Source of the DNA: a virus
Length of the DNA stretch: 64,000 nucleotides
Virus record (IMG/VR): IMGVR_UViG_3300050015_000702
Strand: one strand, 5' to 3'
The notes beneath the pieces are model-generated. The model searched no databases. It saw only the letters and a list, made by a program, of their open reading frames with translations, and was not told the origin of the DNA. Positions 38,796 to 47,816 of the stretch are shown here, one piece after another (position 1 is the first letter of the stretch; each line of letters begins with the position of its first letter). Position numbers and translations under genes: made by a program.

Positions 38796-40840
38796 TATGC
38801 AATGGTTTTCTTTTTCTTTAGAAATACCCTACGTTTCTTAGGAGCTTCTGGTTCTAATTCTGTTTGAGCATCAGTAGCTTCATCCTTTGGTTTTTCTTCG
38901 TCTTCTTCCTCTGGTTTCTTTTCGGGTTTTTCTTCAACGTTAACATCGTCAGTTGGTTCATCAACATCGGCTTCGGTGTTAGTTTCGATCTTGTCTTCTT
39001 CACCACCTGCAAGGTCTGGAGATTCGGTACCATCACCGTTTTCTTCTTCTCCATCTTCAGTTCCAGCTTCTGCTTCTGCCTCTTTATCGGCTTCTGCTTT
39101 GTCTGCTTCTGCACCAACTTCATCTGAACCCATAGATACACTATCAGTAGAAATTGTTGGGGTATCACCTAACATTTCGGTTTTGTCATCGTCAAAAGTT
39201 ACTGCTGAAGCAGGCTCTTTTTCCATATCTTCTTTACCAACTTCTGATCCGGCTTCGCCTTCTGCACTGCCCTGACCACCATCGGCTGGAATAGGTACAG
39301 TAAATTTCTTTCCATCAACATCTACAGTGATTGTAATAGATTCGCCAAGTGGACGAACGTATTTTTCAGCAACGTTTAGATAGTCTTTGTAATCATTTCT
39401 AACTTCGGTAAGTTCTTCATCCAAAGCTTCAAGAACTTTAACAACGGTTGGGGTTGCATATTCGCCTTTGAACTGAGATATTTTAGTTTCAAGAGCTGCA
39501 ATATAGTCAGTATATTCTTTTTTAGTATCAGCTATTTCTTCAAGGATTTTTTCCTGTTCTGGAAGTAAACCTTCGAATAGACGAGAAACGTCATATCTTA
39601 GGTGTTCCATCATGATGCCCTTAGCTTGAATAGGGTTAACGTTACGATAGAAAGTACTCTTGCCATCTGTAGCATTATGGGTGGCAATGAAAATGTTGCC
39701 ACGGAGTTTAAACACATCAGCAGCGTGATTTAAATCCTCTTTTAGGAATACCCGTTTTGCAAAGTCAATTTCTGCGATTTCGTCGAAGTTCTTTTTGAAC
39801 ATTTCAACTAAACCAAGCAATTTACCTTTACCAGTCCACTGTGCTATTGATGCACTTTCAGCGAATGCTTTTGAATCCAATTCCTTTTCATTAAGGATAA
39901 CTTTATCAGCTGTGATAATAGCTTTGTCGTTTCCTTCATAAATGGTAATATTCTTACCGTTGATAATAACGTTTGGATTGTTAATAGCTTCACAAAGCTG
40001 AACGAAGTCTCTATCGAGTCTTGCAACTTCTTTTTCGCCAATACGAGCCACAATATTACCTTTCTTAACATAGAACATTCCACGAACTCCGAATACGGCT
40101 TCGTTTTCGCCTAAGTATATGATTGGAGAATATATTTTCTCAATATCGCAAGTAGCATTTGCATGTTCAAGCTGAAGTTCGGTAGCGTCTAAGGTTACCA
40201 AATTGATAATATCACGGATGAAAGGATCGTATGACCATTTCATAAGAGATTCTTTAAGGATATGTTTTGTCTGCTCGTTTTTGTTCTCAAGATAATTATT
40301 AAGAACGTCTTCGATATACTCAACAAGATAGCGGCTCTTTGTTTCTTTCATTGTCTCAACAATTTTCTTGAGATCAACATCACTTTTATAGCTGGCTACA
40401 TTGTCCTGAATATCTTTGATTGCATTTCCTATTCTTGGGAAATAGTTAAATGCTTGCATAGCAGTCAAGTAAGATTCATATATCGTTACTTCTGGTACCC
40501 CATGTTCAAGATGATCCCTATAATATAGAAGAGTTTGCTTTAGACCTTCGTTCTCATTGGCTTCTTCTCTCATAAGATTCTGAATCGATTCTCTTACTCC
40601 AAGATATTTAACAGCCCATGCTCTCTTTTGGTTAGAAAGCCATGTCTGAACTTCTGGGTCATTTATTTTAGCTAATCCTTCGAATAGGTTTTTAACCTGT
40701 ACTTTTTCAATTTCATGCTGTGCTTCTGCGGGTACAGAATTATACATAGCTGAACTTAAGCCAGATATTGCATTTTCGCAAAGGGCTACTACTGCCGCTG
40801 ATTTGGACTTAGCTTTTAATTGGTTGATTTTTTCTATCAT
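38795..40840 (-). CDS. Putative head core/scaffold-like protein with acidic C-terminus
   Basis: 681 aa, helical/coiled-coil with an E/D-rich tail; late promoter at 40869-40885. Confidence 0.5.
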   Translation of the reverse strand: MIEKINQLKAKSKSAAVVALCENAISGLSSAMYNSVPAEAQHEIEKVQVKNLFEGLAKINDPEVQTWLSNQKRAWAVKYLGVRESIQNLMREEANENEGLKQTLLYYRDHLEHGVPEVTIYESYLTAMQAFNYFPRIGNAIKDIQDNVASYKSDVDLKKIVETMKETKSRYLVEYIEDVLNNYLENKNEQTKHILKESLMKWSYDPFIRDIINLVTLDATELQLEHANATCDIEKIYSPIIYLGENEAVFGVRGMFYVKKGNIVARIGEKEVARLDRDFVQLCEAINNPNVIINGKNITIYEGNDKAIITADKVILNEKELDSKAFAESASIAQWTGKGKLLGLVEMFKKNFDEIAEIDFAKRVFLKEDLNHAADVFKLRGNIFIATHNATDGKSTFYRNVNPIQAKGIMMEHLRYDVSRLFEGLLPEQEKILEEIADTKKEYTDYIAALETKISQFKGEYATPTVVKVLEALDEELTEVRNDYKDYLNVAEKYVRPLGESITITVDVDGKKFTVPIPADGGQGSAEGEAGSEVGKEDMEKEPASAVTFDDDKTEMLGDTPTISTDSVSMGSDEVGAEADKAEADKEAEAEAGTEDGEEENGDGTESPDLAGGEEDKIETNTEADVDEPTDDVNVEEKPEKKPEEEDEEKPKDEATDAQTELEPEAPKKRRVFLKKKKTIA

Positions 40841-40919
40841 TGCGTTTAGTTATTTGATAAAAACTATGTTTTTCTTTATATATTTAACGAAATCTTAAAA
40901 TTTTTTCTATTTTTCAAGG

Positions 40920-41489
40920 CTACCAATCAGCCCAGTAATGAACATTCGGGGAACCTAATATTTCAACTCCTGCTGGTATATCTTTTTCTGTAAGACCCGA
41001 TTTATTATTACAAGCAAAATCCCCTCCAATAAATTTGGCTATGCCGTCAAAAGATTCAATATGAGGATTTAAACTGCAAGCATAATGGCTCTTAACAAAT
41101 TCAGGACCTCCTACCAAATTCTTTAAATTGTTTCGGGAACAGCCAAATTCACCATTAACTATTCTGGGGCATCCTCTTAATGAAGTCATTTGGTTTTTAT
41201 CACCGGTATTCCTTCTAACATCTCCCATAATATTGAAGTTACAGTTAGCTTCATTAAATTGAATATAATCTGGAAAATTTCCCGGCCAATCTGTAGTAAA
41301 AAATCCCTCAAGAATATCAATAGTAAGATCATCATTAATTCTAAAGAGACTAGATTTTGTAGCATTTGAAATATTGAACCAATATTCCATCAACCATTCT
41401 CGAATTTTTACTCTCATTCCAACCCCCAGGGTCTTTTTAGGGTCTCCGCCTCTTTCAAAATTTACTGCTATGGATTCTCGAACAATCAT
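40920..41489 (-). CDS. FER-motif protein with short LRR-like repeats
   Basis: MIVRESIAVNFERGGDPKKTLGVG; SLRGCPRIVNGEFGCSRN / NLVGGPEFVKSHYACSLN repeats. Confidence 0.7.
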   Translation of the reverse strand: MIVRESIAVNFERGGDPKKTLGVGMRVKIREWLMEYWFNISNATKSSLFRINDDLTIDILEGFFTTDWPGNFPDYIQFNEANCNFNIMGDVRRNTGDKNQMTSLRGCPRIVNGEFGCSRNNLKNLVGGPEFVKSHYACSLNPHIESFDGIAKFIGGDFACNNKSGLTEKDIPAGVEILGSPNVHYWADW

Positions 41490-42826
41490 TAGACAATAGT
41501 TAGATGATTTACAATTCCAAAGTTTCTTTCTGGAAAATTACTATTGGCAACGTGAATATCAATAATTTTGGATTCGATAGGTCCGCCTGGGAATACAATT
41601 CCCGCAGAGGTATGAATAGAAGGATCCAAATAGTTATTCGTAATAGTTGCCCATATACTTCCATCTCCGGTATAAGTAATTTGACCAGTTAAACGATTCT
41701 TCATTTCCAGCTGCAAATTAATAGAAGCATTTATTTGCGAATAGAAATAGCCAGGATCCAATACTTTAAAAGAAGAACTGCTTATAATATTTGTAGATAA
41801 GTCGGGAATAATCTTAATAAAAGGAGGTCTCGAAACAGCCACATTATCATTAAATTCGGGTTTTTCTCTGTTTTCCCAGATTATAGTGGGTTCTTGATAA
41901 GTAGTAAAGTCCTCAGGAATATTCCAAATATAATATTCGTGATTAGGTTGAAGTTTATCAATAGAAAAACGTTCGTTGGTATTTGTATAAAGCCAGAATA
42001 TATCTACTTTTGGAATAACATAAAGCTCTCTTGTAAAATCCCATTGAACCCAAAGCGGAATTCCCTTAGGAATAACTGCACCTTCAAGCGGAGTTGTAAT
42101 TACAATATTGCCTGGCTCCTTTGGAACTCCGCCTTTTTGAATATCATAATTTATACCTTTGATCTTTGTGGTTGCTTTCATCTCAGTTGTTTTGTCAAAA
42201 ACTGGCTGATAAGTTTCGATCTCAAGTTCAAAATTAAGTTTGATTGGGTTGTTTACTTCAAATGAATACTGAATATTCTTTTCAATAGCAAGATCTTCCG
42301 GAAATCCAACAGTACAACCAACACGCATTCCTTTGTAATAAGTATAGTAGGTAAGAGTTTTGTAGAATGTTTCTCTAATTTCCTGTTCGATTTTTAAAGC
42401 ACTTATTTGACGATCGATCCACATTTCACATGCTATTCGAACTTTAAGTGGCATTGAATACAAGAATGAAACATAACTTTCCAATTTACCATCTACTTCT
42501 TTTACATATCGTCCCTGTACATAACGGGAAGTAATACGTTGAGCATCAATGGTGGAACCTGTATAAGTTACAATGCCTCTAGGAATCATGTCGAAATTAC
42601 CATCAACTGGTCGAGGTGCAAGACAATCTCCATAGTGGGTATAGAAATCCTGCATGAAACGTTCGTCTCCAGATTGATTGTAATACCATGGAACATTTAT
42701 TTGTTCTACATCATCATTTGACCAAACTTGGTTATATTGAATATGATTAGTAAGAACGTCAAGAAGACCCGCGATCACACCACGAATTAATATGTCTTCT
42801 GAGTTATACTTCTGATACAATGCCAT
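41489..42826 (-). CDS. Tail terminator / sheath completion protein (T4 gp15-like) with C-terminal extension
   Basis: NVPWYY, MIPRGIV, MPLKVRI.CEMW....SALKIEQEIRETF, LNFELEIETY. Confidence 0.6.
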   Translation of the reverse strand: MALYQKYNSEDILIRGVIAGLLDVLTNHIQYNQVWSNDDVEQINVPWYYNQSGDERFMQDFYTHYGDCLAPRPVDGNFDMIPRGIVTYTGSTIDAQRITSRYVQGRYVKEVDGKLESYVSFLYSMPLKVRIACEMWIDRQISALKIEQEIRETFYKTLTYYTYYKGMRVGCTVGFPEDLAIEKNIQYSFEVNNPIKLNFELEIETYQPVFDKTTEMKATTKIKGINYDIQKGGVPKEPGNIVITTPLEGAVIPKGIPLWVQWDFTRELYVIPKVDIFWLYTNTNERFSIDKLQPNHEYYIWNIPEDFTTYQEPTIIWENREKPEFNDNVAVSRPPFIKIIPDLSTNIISSSSFKVLDPGYFYSQINASINLQLEMKNRLTGQITYTGDGSIWATITNNYLDPSIHTSAGIVFPGGPIESKIIDIHVANSNFPERNFGIVNHLTIV

Positions 42827-43790
42827 TTTGCAGAATATTATAATTTTTATCTATAATTATAGTATATTTATATCCATTATTTAAAACAGCTTTTTCTTTT
42901 TCTAAAATCATATTTTTATCTCGTTTTAAATAGTAAGAACTTTTTATTTCAATAATTAAATTTAGAGAAGGTATAAAAAAATCAGAAAGATAGATTCTTT
43001 CTTTACCCAAATAATTATATTTAAATGATAACCCTCTTTGAATATCTGGAAATTTATCATAATATTTTTCTAAAAAATCAAGTTCATAAGAACCCTGATA
43101 CCAGATGTTTGAATCTCTAAATGGTTTTATTTTTATTTGAGTTTTAAAGATTTTTTCTGATAATTCCTTACTTTGCATGCTATATTTAACATCATATCTT
43201 TTTAGCATTGTTTTTATAGCTTTTTCATGCACGGTATCATTTTGCAAACTGCATGGAAATCCATATCTTTCCGTATTTGTATTTCTTTTTTTATTTGATA
43301 TTTCATTTTTTTCTTCTTTGGAGAAACCCTTCCATAAATGAACCATGTCCTTTTTATGATTTACTGACCCCATATAGCTAGAAGCCCCATATCTTTCTTT
43401 ACATGTTTTTTCAACTTTAATACTATTTAAGCCATGAGCGGAATTCTTATGTCCATATTTTTTTAATCTAATAGCTTCACTTTTAGTAATTATACTTTCT
43501 CTATTGATAATTATTTCATCCCCGTATTTTTCTTTAAAGACTTCTTTAATTCTATCAAATCTGAAAATATTAGCACATTCTTTTTTACATGTATCCCTAT
43601 ATCCCCTTTGAAAACTATAAAATTCAGTTTTCCCTCCACATATTTTACAAATATCTTCCCCCTCCTTTTTTATCCATTTATCATAATAATCTTTTATGCA
43701 CAATTGATGCTTATGCAAAATATGATTGTTTAATCCTTTTAATGACGGGATTTCTTGATGGCATTCTTTGCATATAATTTTAGCTTCCAT
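42804..43790 (-). CDS. Homing-type endonuclease: Zn fingers, (K/E)RYG repeats, PD-(D/E)XK
   Basis: CKEC..H..KH, CKICG, ERYG repeats, GSYELDFL, YLSDFFIPSLNLIIEIKS; paralogue of 61759..62700. Confidence 0.75.
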   Translation of the reverse strand: MEAKIICKECHQEIPSLKGLNNHILHKHQLCIKDYYDKWIKKEGEDICKICGGKTEFYSFQRGYRDTCKKECANIFRFDRIKEVFKEKYGDEIIINRESIITKSEAIRLKKYGHKNSAHGLNSIKVEKTCKERYGASSYMGSVNHKKDMVHLWKGFSKEEKNEISNKKRNTNTERYGFPCSLQNDTVHEKAIKTMLKRYDVKYSMQSKELSEKIFKTQIKIKPFRDSNIWYQGSYELDFLEKYYDKFPDIQRGLSFKYNYLGKERIYLSDFFIPSLNLIIEIKSSYYLKRDKNMILEKEKAVLNNGYKYTIIIDKNYNILQNGIVSEV

Positions 43791-43794
43791 AAAA

Positions 43795-43822
43795 ATGAGA
43801 TATATTTATCTATATATCTCAT
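43795..43822 (-). promoter_or_regulatory. Late promoter within a perfect 11-bp hairpin 4 nt from the HEG start
   Basis: ATGAGATATAT-agataa-ATATATCTCAT-tttt-ATG. Confidence 0.7.
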
Positions 43823-43851
43823 AAAATATCTTCATTATTGTATTTTTGATT

Positions 43852-44199
43852 TTAATTTTTGGTTTCATAAAAATATAATAAAATCTCATTTTTTCCATCC
43901 CACTCTGTTATTTGAAAAATTTTGCTAAATTGAAAAAAATTTGAAATAAATTTATATAAAAATAAATTTAAATTATTATCTCTCAAAATTATCTTAAATG
44001 AATTCTCCTCAAATAAAACTTTAACAAGGGGGTCTTTTATAATTTTAAAAAGTTCTTCTCTATCATCTTCATCTCCCTCTTTTGATAATATATCAATCAA
44101 TTTCTTCTTAAATCTTTCGTAACCAATCTGAAGTTTATCAAAAGGATCTCCTTCACGAGTAAACTGATTTAATTCTTCTTTGATGAGTTTGGCCTTCAT
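43852..44199 (-). CDS. Hypothetical protein with N-terminal FER-motif module
   Basis: MKAKLIKEELNQFTREGDPFDKLQIG; late promoter at 44206-44224. Confidence 0.65.
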   Translation of the reverse strand: MKAKLIKEELNQFTREGDPFDKLQIGYERFKKKLIDILSKEGDEDDREELFKIIKDPLVKVLFEENSFKIILRDNNLNLFLYKFISNFFQFSKIFQITEWDGKNEILLYFYETKN

Positions 44200-44212
44200 G
44201 GAGACTTTTATT

Positions 44213-44581
44213 TTATATATTCCATGAGATACCCATAGTGCATTTATTCCACATCTTCATATCCCAACCCAGTTTAGTTTTGGCATAATGTTTTGTGTAA
44301 AAGTGTTTATAAAGATAAAATCCGAGAGATACCATTCCAAGACCAAAAGCACCAAAGAAAAGATATTTGGCAAGATCAAAAAGATTTGCATCAGTTGCAG
44401 CAACAATAATTACAACAACAATAGCTGCTACGATTAATAGAAATATAGCAGGACTTAATATCTTTTTGTACAGCTTGTAAAAAGTTGCATAAGATTTTGG
44501 AGGGTTAGCTATGAACCAGTCAATAGCGGCAATTTGTTCGGGGGTTAAATCAATAACTTCCCCATTAATAAATTTAGGCAT
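44213..44581 (-). CDS. Two-TM membrane protein
   Basis: 122 aa with two strong hydrophobic helices. Confidence 0.65.
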   Translation of the reverse strand: MPKFINGEVIDLTPEQIAAIDWFIANPPKSYATFYKLYKKILSPAIFLLIVAAIVVVIIVAATDANLFDLAKYLFFGAFGLGMVSLGFYLYKHFYTKHYAKTKLGWDMKMWNKCTMGISWNI

Positions 44582-44582
44582 A

Positions 44583-44966
44583 TTATAAGCTTAAAATATA
44601 AAATGTAATTTTATTTGGTTGAGTACTTTTCCAACGCAAATTTTTTGGACTATGATTATTAATTATCTGTCGAAGAGATTGAAACATAAAAAAGTTGAGA
44701 GGGTTTTCGGGTAAAGTAATTGAAACAAGAGGCGAATCCCCTATTGCATCGTTCTTTGGAAATCCTTTGAACTCAATTGTACAAGATGGATCGTTTAGAA
44801 TTTTCTTCATTTTGTCCCAATTTTCCCAATATTCGCTACTCTTATTATTAGGTGAATTGGGCATCAAATCATAAAATCGATTCTTGACCCCAATGCCTAA
44901 TGACTTCAAAGGTTCTTGACTCCTTTCGAAATTATGCAATTTTTCTGAGACCAAGTAAGCTTTCAT
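44583..44966 (-). CDS. Hypothetical protein with N-terminal FER-motif module
   Basis: Start reassigned to ATG 44966: MKAYLVSEKLHNFERSQEPLKSLGIG. Confidence 0.65.
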   Translation of the reverse strand: MKAYLVSEKLHNFERSQEPLKSLGIGVKNRFYDLMPNSPNNKSSEYWENWDKMKKILNDPSCTIEFKGFPKNDAIGDSPLVSITLPENPLNFFMFQSLRQIINNHSPKNLRWKSTQPNKITFYILSL

Positions 44967-44993
44967 TGCTTCGGTTATTTTTAAAAATAGAAA

Positions 44994-45058
44994 GAGGTGT
45001 TGCGGAACTTCAATCCGCACTTCTCATTACGAGTGTTCTGTCATTAAACTATTCACCT
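44994..45058 (-). ncRNA. tRNA-like element with truncated anticodon arm (pseudo-tRNA or tRNA mimic)
   Basis: AGGTGaa-TA-GTTT aatgaca GAAC-A-CTC gtaat GAG-AAGT-GCGGA ttgaagt TCCGC-aaCACCT-C. Confidence 0.45.
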
Positions 45059-45102
45059 GATTCCAAGCGAATAGTTTCACGTGCACCAGTTAGCCATTCA
45101 TG

Positions 45103-45870
45103 TTATTTATCCAAATAAATCCAATCAGAAAATTTTTTATTTATTAATCTATTTCGAATAGTCATCAAAGGAATTTCTAAGATCCTTGATGCTTCGTGTA
45201 AACTTTCATATTCTTTATTTTCTATCGAGATATTTTTACCTGGGATTTTTCTACCAGTGCTTGCTTTTCCTATATTTTTTCGATGGTCTTCTGTAAATGC
45301 AGGTTTTTTCTTTCCTTTCATTAATTTAGAAATTGTTTCTTTCCCTTCTTTGGATTTGTTATAATCAGATAGTCTTTTAGCATTTAATTTATGAGCATCT
45401 ATTTCTTTTTCAGAAAACCCAATTTCTTTTATTCTTTTAACTCTAGATTTTATAGCTTTTTCGCAACCTTTCTTTCTTATTTTAGGATCTACATTAAGAG
45501 CAATTCGTTGGGCATTTTGACAAAATTCTATACTTCTTTTCTGCCCTTTATTTTTAAGTCGAATTTTTTCAACAATTTCTTTTTTATTGGGATGGTTTCC
45601 AAGAATATTTCCACCATTACCCCCTAGTGAAATATTATATCCTTTTGGATATAATGATTCTTGCTTTCGTATCCAGAATTTTTCTTTATTGCATAGTTCT
45701 ACGGGGGATTCGCAATAATCTAAAATTTCTTTTTTGAAATTCTGTTTGCCATATTTTTTTATTGCTTGTTTGATTATTAGCCCCGAACCAAAATATTGAG
45801 GCTGGTCTTTTTCATCCTTCCCGATATAAATTTTATCGTTGATTAAATTTGTAATCTGATAAATTTGCAT
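45103..45870 (-). CDS. GIY-YIG homing endonuclease with NUMOD3 repeats and NUMOD1-like HTH
   Basis: IYQITNLINDKIYIGK, YFGSG, GYNISLGG, YESLHEASRIL. Confidence 0.85.
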   Translation of the reverse strand: MQIYQITNLINDKIYIGKDEKDQPQYFGSGLIIKQAIKKYGKQNFKKEILDYCESPVELCNKEKFWIRKQESLYPKGYNISLGGNGGNILGNHPNKKEIVEKIRLKNKGQKRSIEFCQNAQRIALNVDPKIRKKGCEKAIKSRVKRIKEIGFSEKEIDAHKLNAKRLSDYNKSKEGKETISKLMKGKKKPAFTEDHRKNIGKASTGRKIPGKNISIENKEYESLHEASRILEIPLMTIRNRLINKKFSDWIYLDK

Positions 45871-45899
45871 GAATATTCTTTTTTATTTATATATTCATG
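45868..45899 (-). promoter_or_regulatory. Late promoter in a 9-bp hairpin sequestering the HEG AUG
   Basis: CATGAATAT-ataaataaaaaaga-ATATTCATG. Confidence 0.7.
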
Positions 45900-45917
45900 A
45901 TTGCTTTTCAAATATAC

Positions 45918-47648
45918 CTATTTATCAATAATTTTAATTCGGGAAAGAAATTCTTTTGGAAAGGATTTTCGGGAATGATGAATTAAATCAGAAAGACAAG
46001 CATCCAAAATATAAGTCGTAGCATAATCGGTTTCACTTCTTACGCTTCTTCCTGTCCCCTGTAAAATTCCTATAATACATTTCCATTGGTACCACGCGGG
46101 ATTTATGCCTAATTTTGCTTTTACGAAACGATCGCCAAGCGACAAATATGGAACCTTGGCAAATATTTGGAACCTGCTCCATTCATCTTTCAGATCAAGG
46201 CCTTCAAGCAGTGATGGGCCAATAAGAACCATTCCTTTTGAAGTCTTCAAAGTTTCGAGAACATTTCGTTTCTCTTCAGTTCCGTTATACTTTAATATTC
46301 TACCTTGGTTGCGGCGATTCAATCCTTGAAATATCTTCATAGTTAAATCATAGGAAGCAGAATGAATAATTCCGCTTTCTCCGGGATGTTTATCAAGTAT
46401 TTCATTTATTGTTGAACATAGCCAGGGCATATTTTCAGCAACCTTATTATAAGACATTTTATGTCCACTATAATAATAGATTGGTGATTTGGTAAAGTCA
46501 AAAGCACTTTCAACTTTGATATACTTAGCACCTGATAAAGAAATACTTTGTAGATAGTCAGAAGGATCTGCGAATGTAGCAGACATTAATACTCGGAATC
46601 CTGTCCATCTGTGGAAATATTTGTGCATTAAATAGGATTCCTTTAGACAATTGAATATCAAAGTATCTTCTCCTTGCGGATTTTTTACAAGATTACGAGT
46701 AGAAGTTTGCTGGATAATCTTAATATAATCATCAATCTTATATTCTAAGTCTGTAAGCCAATCCGAAATATACAAAGCTTCACGCCATTCTTTTGGTGGT
46801 TTATCATGCGGATAATCTTCTTTAACTCGATCTTTTAATCTTCCTGCACTTCCTAAATAGAATTTAAGGATGATTTGTATTTCGCAGAGCATAGTCCATA
46901 ACTTATCCTGATCCTCTTCTTGCCAAAGTTTACCAATAAGTTCTTTTAGCTTATAAAAGTCTTTTGTATGGTTATTTACATGATAAGTGCTAAAGAAATG
47001 TGTAAGTTTCTCCACTTTCTCCAATGTCTTTTCGTCAAACCTTGGCGAATAGTTGTTTTGGATTATGTCAAGTATCTTATGACCTTCGTCACATATTGTG
47101 AAATCTCTTGGTAGAAATAGCTGTTTTTCTTTCTCCATATTTGCATTGACATAATTCTGGTGAATTAGCCAATACGCATAATTAAGCAGGCTTGTTTGTG
47201 ATGCCGAAGCAAAATCTCTGGCGGAATAATATGGGCAGGACTCATAACAATCCATTGCTCGAGCATTTAAATTCCTTATTCTACAAGTTCCTAGGGAATT
47301 TTTTTCCATATTATCAACGCAAATATAGTTATCCACTCCTTTAATGCTACCCCAATTCAAATTAAAGATAGCAAAGTCTTTTTCGTATTGTTCTTGTAAT
47401 GCAATATCTGAAGCGAGAATATATCCTTTCTTTCCTTCTTGGTTTAGAATCCAAGCGGTACACATAGCTATGATGGATTTGCCACTGCCGACGGGAGCAT
47501 CGAGAATAACTGTATCATATTTCTTTTCAAAATATGCATCAACTATTCCAGCTATGGCTTCTTTTTGTCCTTTTCTCCAAACGAATTTTTTGGGAAGGAA
47601 TGTATCTTTAAAAGTTGAGAAGTATTGTTCTAATTTGAATTGTTTCAT
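45918..47648 (-). CDS. DinG/XPD(Rad3)-family helicase with Fe-S cluster
   Basis: Q motif (WRKGQ), DAPVGSGKS, NYIC..GTC..DC..SCPYY, ICDEGH, MSAT, LLEGLD, QGTGRSVRSETD. Confidence 0.9.
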   Translation of the reverse strand: MKQFKLEQYFSTFKDTFLPKKFVWRKGQKEAIAGIVDAYFEKKYDTVILDAPVGSGKSIIAMCTAWILNQEGKKGYILASDIALQEQYEKDFAIFNLNWGSIKGVDNYICVDNMEKNSLGTCRIRNLNARAMDCYESCPYYSARDFASASQTSLLNYAYWLIHQNYVNANMEKEKQLFLPRDFTICDEGHKILDIIQNNYSPRFDEKTLEKVEKLTHFFSTYHVNNHTKDFYKLKELIGKLWQEEDQDKLWTMLCEIQIILKFYLGSAGRLKDRVKEDYPHDKPPKEWREALYISDWLTDLEYKIDDYIKIIQQTSTRNLVKNPQGEDTLIFNCLKESYLMHKYFHRWTGFRVLMSATFADPSDYLQSISLSGAKYIKVESAFDFTKSPIYYYSGHKMSYNKVAENMPWLCSTINEILDKHPGESGIIHSASYDLTMKIFQGLNRRNQGRILKYNGTEEKRNVLETLKTSKGMVLIGPSLLEGLDLKDEWSRFQIFAKVPYLSLGDRFVKAKLGINPAWYQWKCIIGILQGTGRSVRSETDYATTYILDACLSDLIHHSRKSFPKEFLSRIKIIDK

Positions 47649-47652
47649 GGAT

Positions 47653-47692
47653 CTTCTACGACAAAAATGGTGCTAAGTTCTTTAGCACCATG
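47653..47692 (-). promoter_or_regulatory. Composite terminator + GAACTT-N16-TAGAAG promoter candidate
   Basis: ATGGTGCTAA-agaac-TTAGCACCAT-TTTT hairpin; the -35 overlaps the loop. Confidence 0.5.
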
Positions 47693-47696
47693 AATA

Positions 47697-47816
47697 TTAT
47701 TGGAATAATAACGTTGGTGGTTTTGTATAGACTAGAAATCCCCCGCTGCAAACTTCCATACCTGGAAAATTATATTGGCATCCAATAGGAACCGTTATTA
47801 AATAAGTTGTTATCAT
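47697..47816 (-). CDS. Small hypothetical protein (39 aa, not in the ORF track)
   Basis: MITTYLITVPIGCQYNFPGMEVCSGGFLVYTKPPTLLFQ*, TAATG-coupled to the upstream gene and ending just before a terminator. Confidence 0.4.
   Translation of the reverse strand: MITTYLITVPIGCQYNFPGMEVCSGGFLVYTKPPTLLFQ

Noticed and set aside
44967-45020. N-terminal extension of ORF 44583-45020
   Set aside because: It overlaps the tRNA-like structure; ATG 44966 gives the same MKA..V.E-FER start as the related proteins.
44994-45058. Functional canonical tRNA
   Set aside because: Anticodon arm too short, acceptor mismatches, and no conserved GG, TTC or CCA; kept only as a tRNA-like element.
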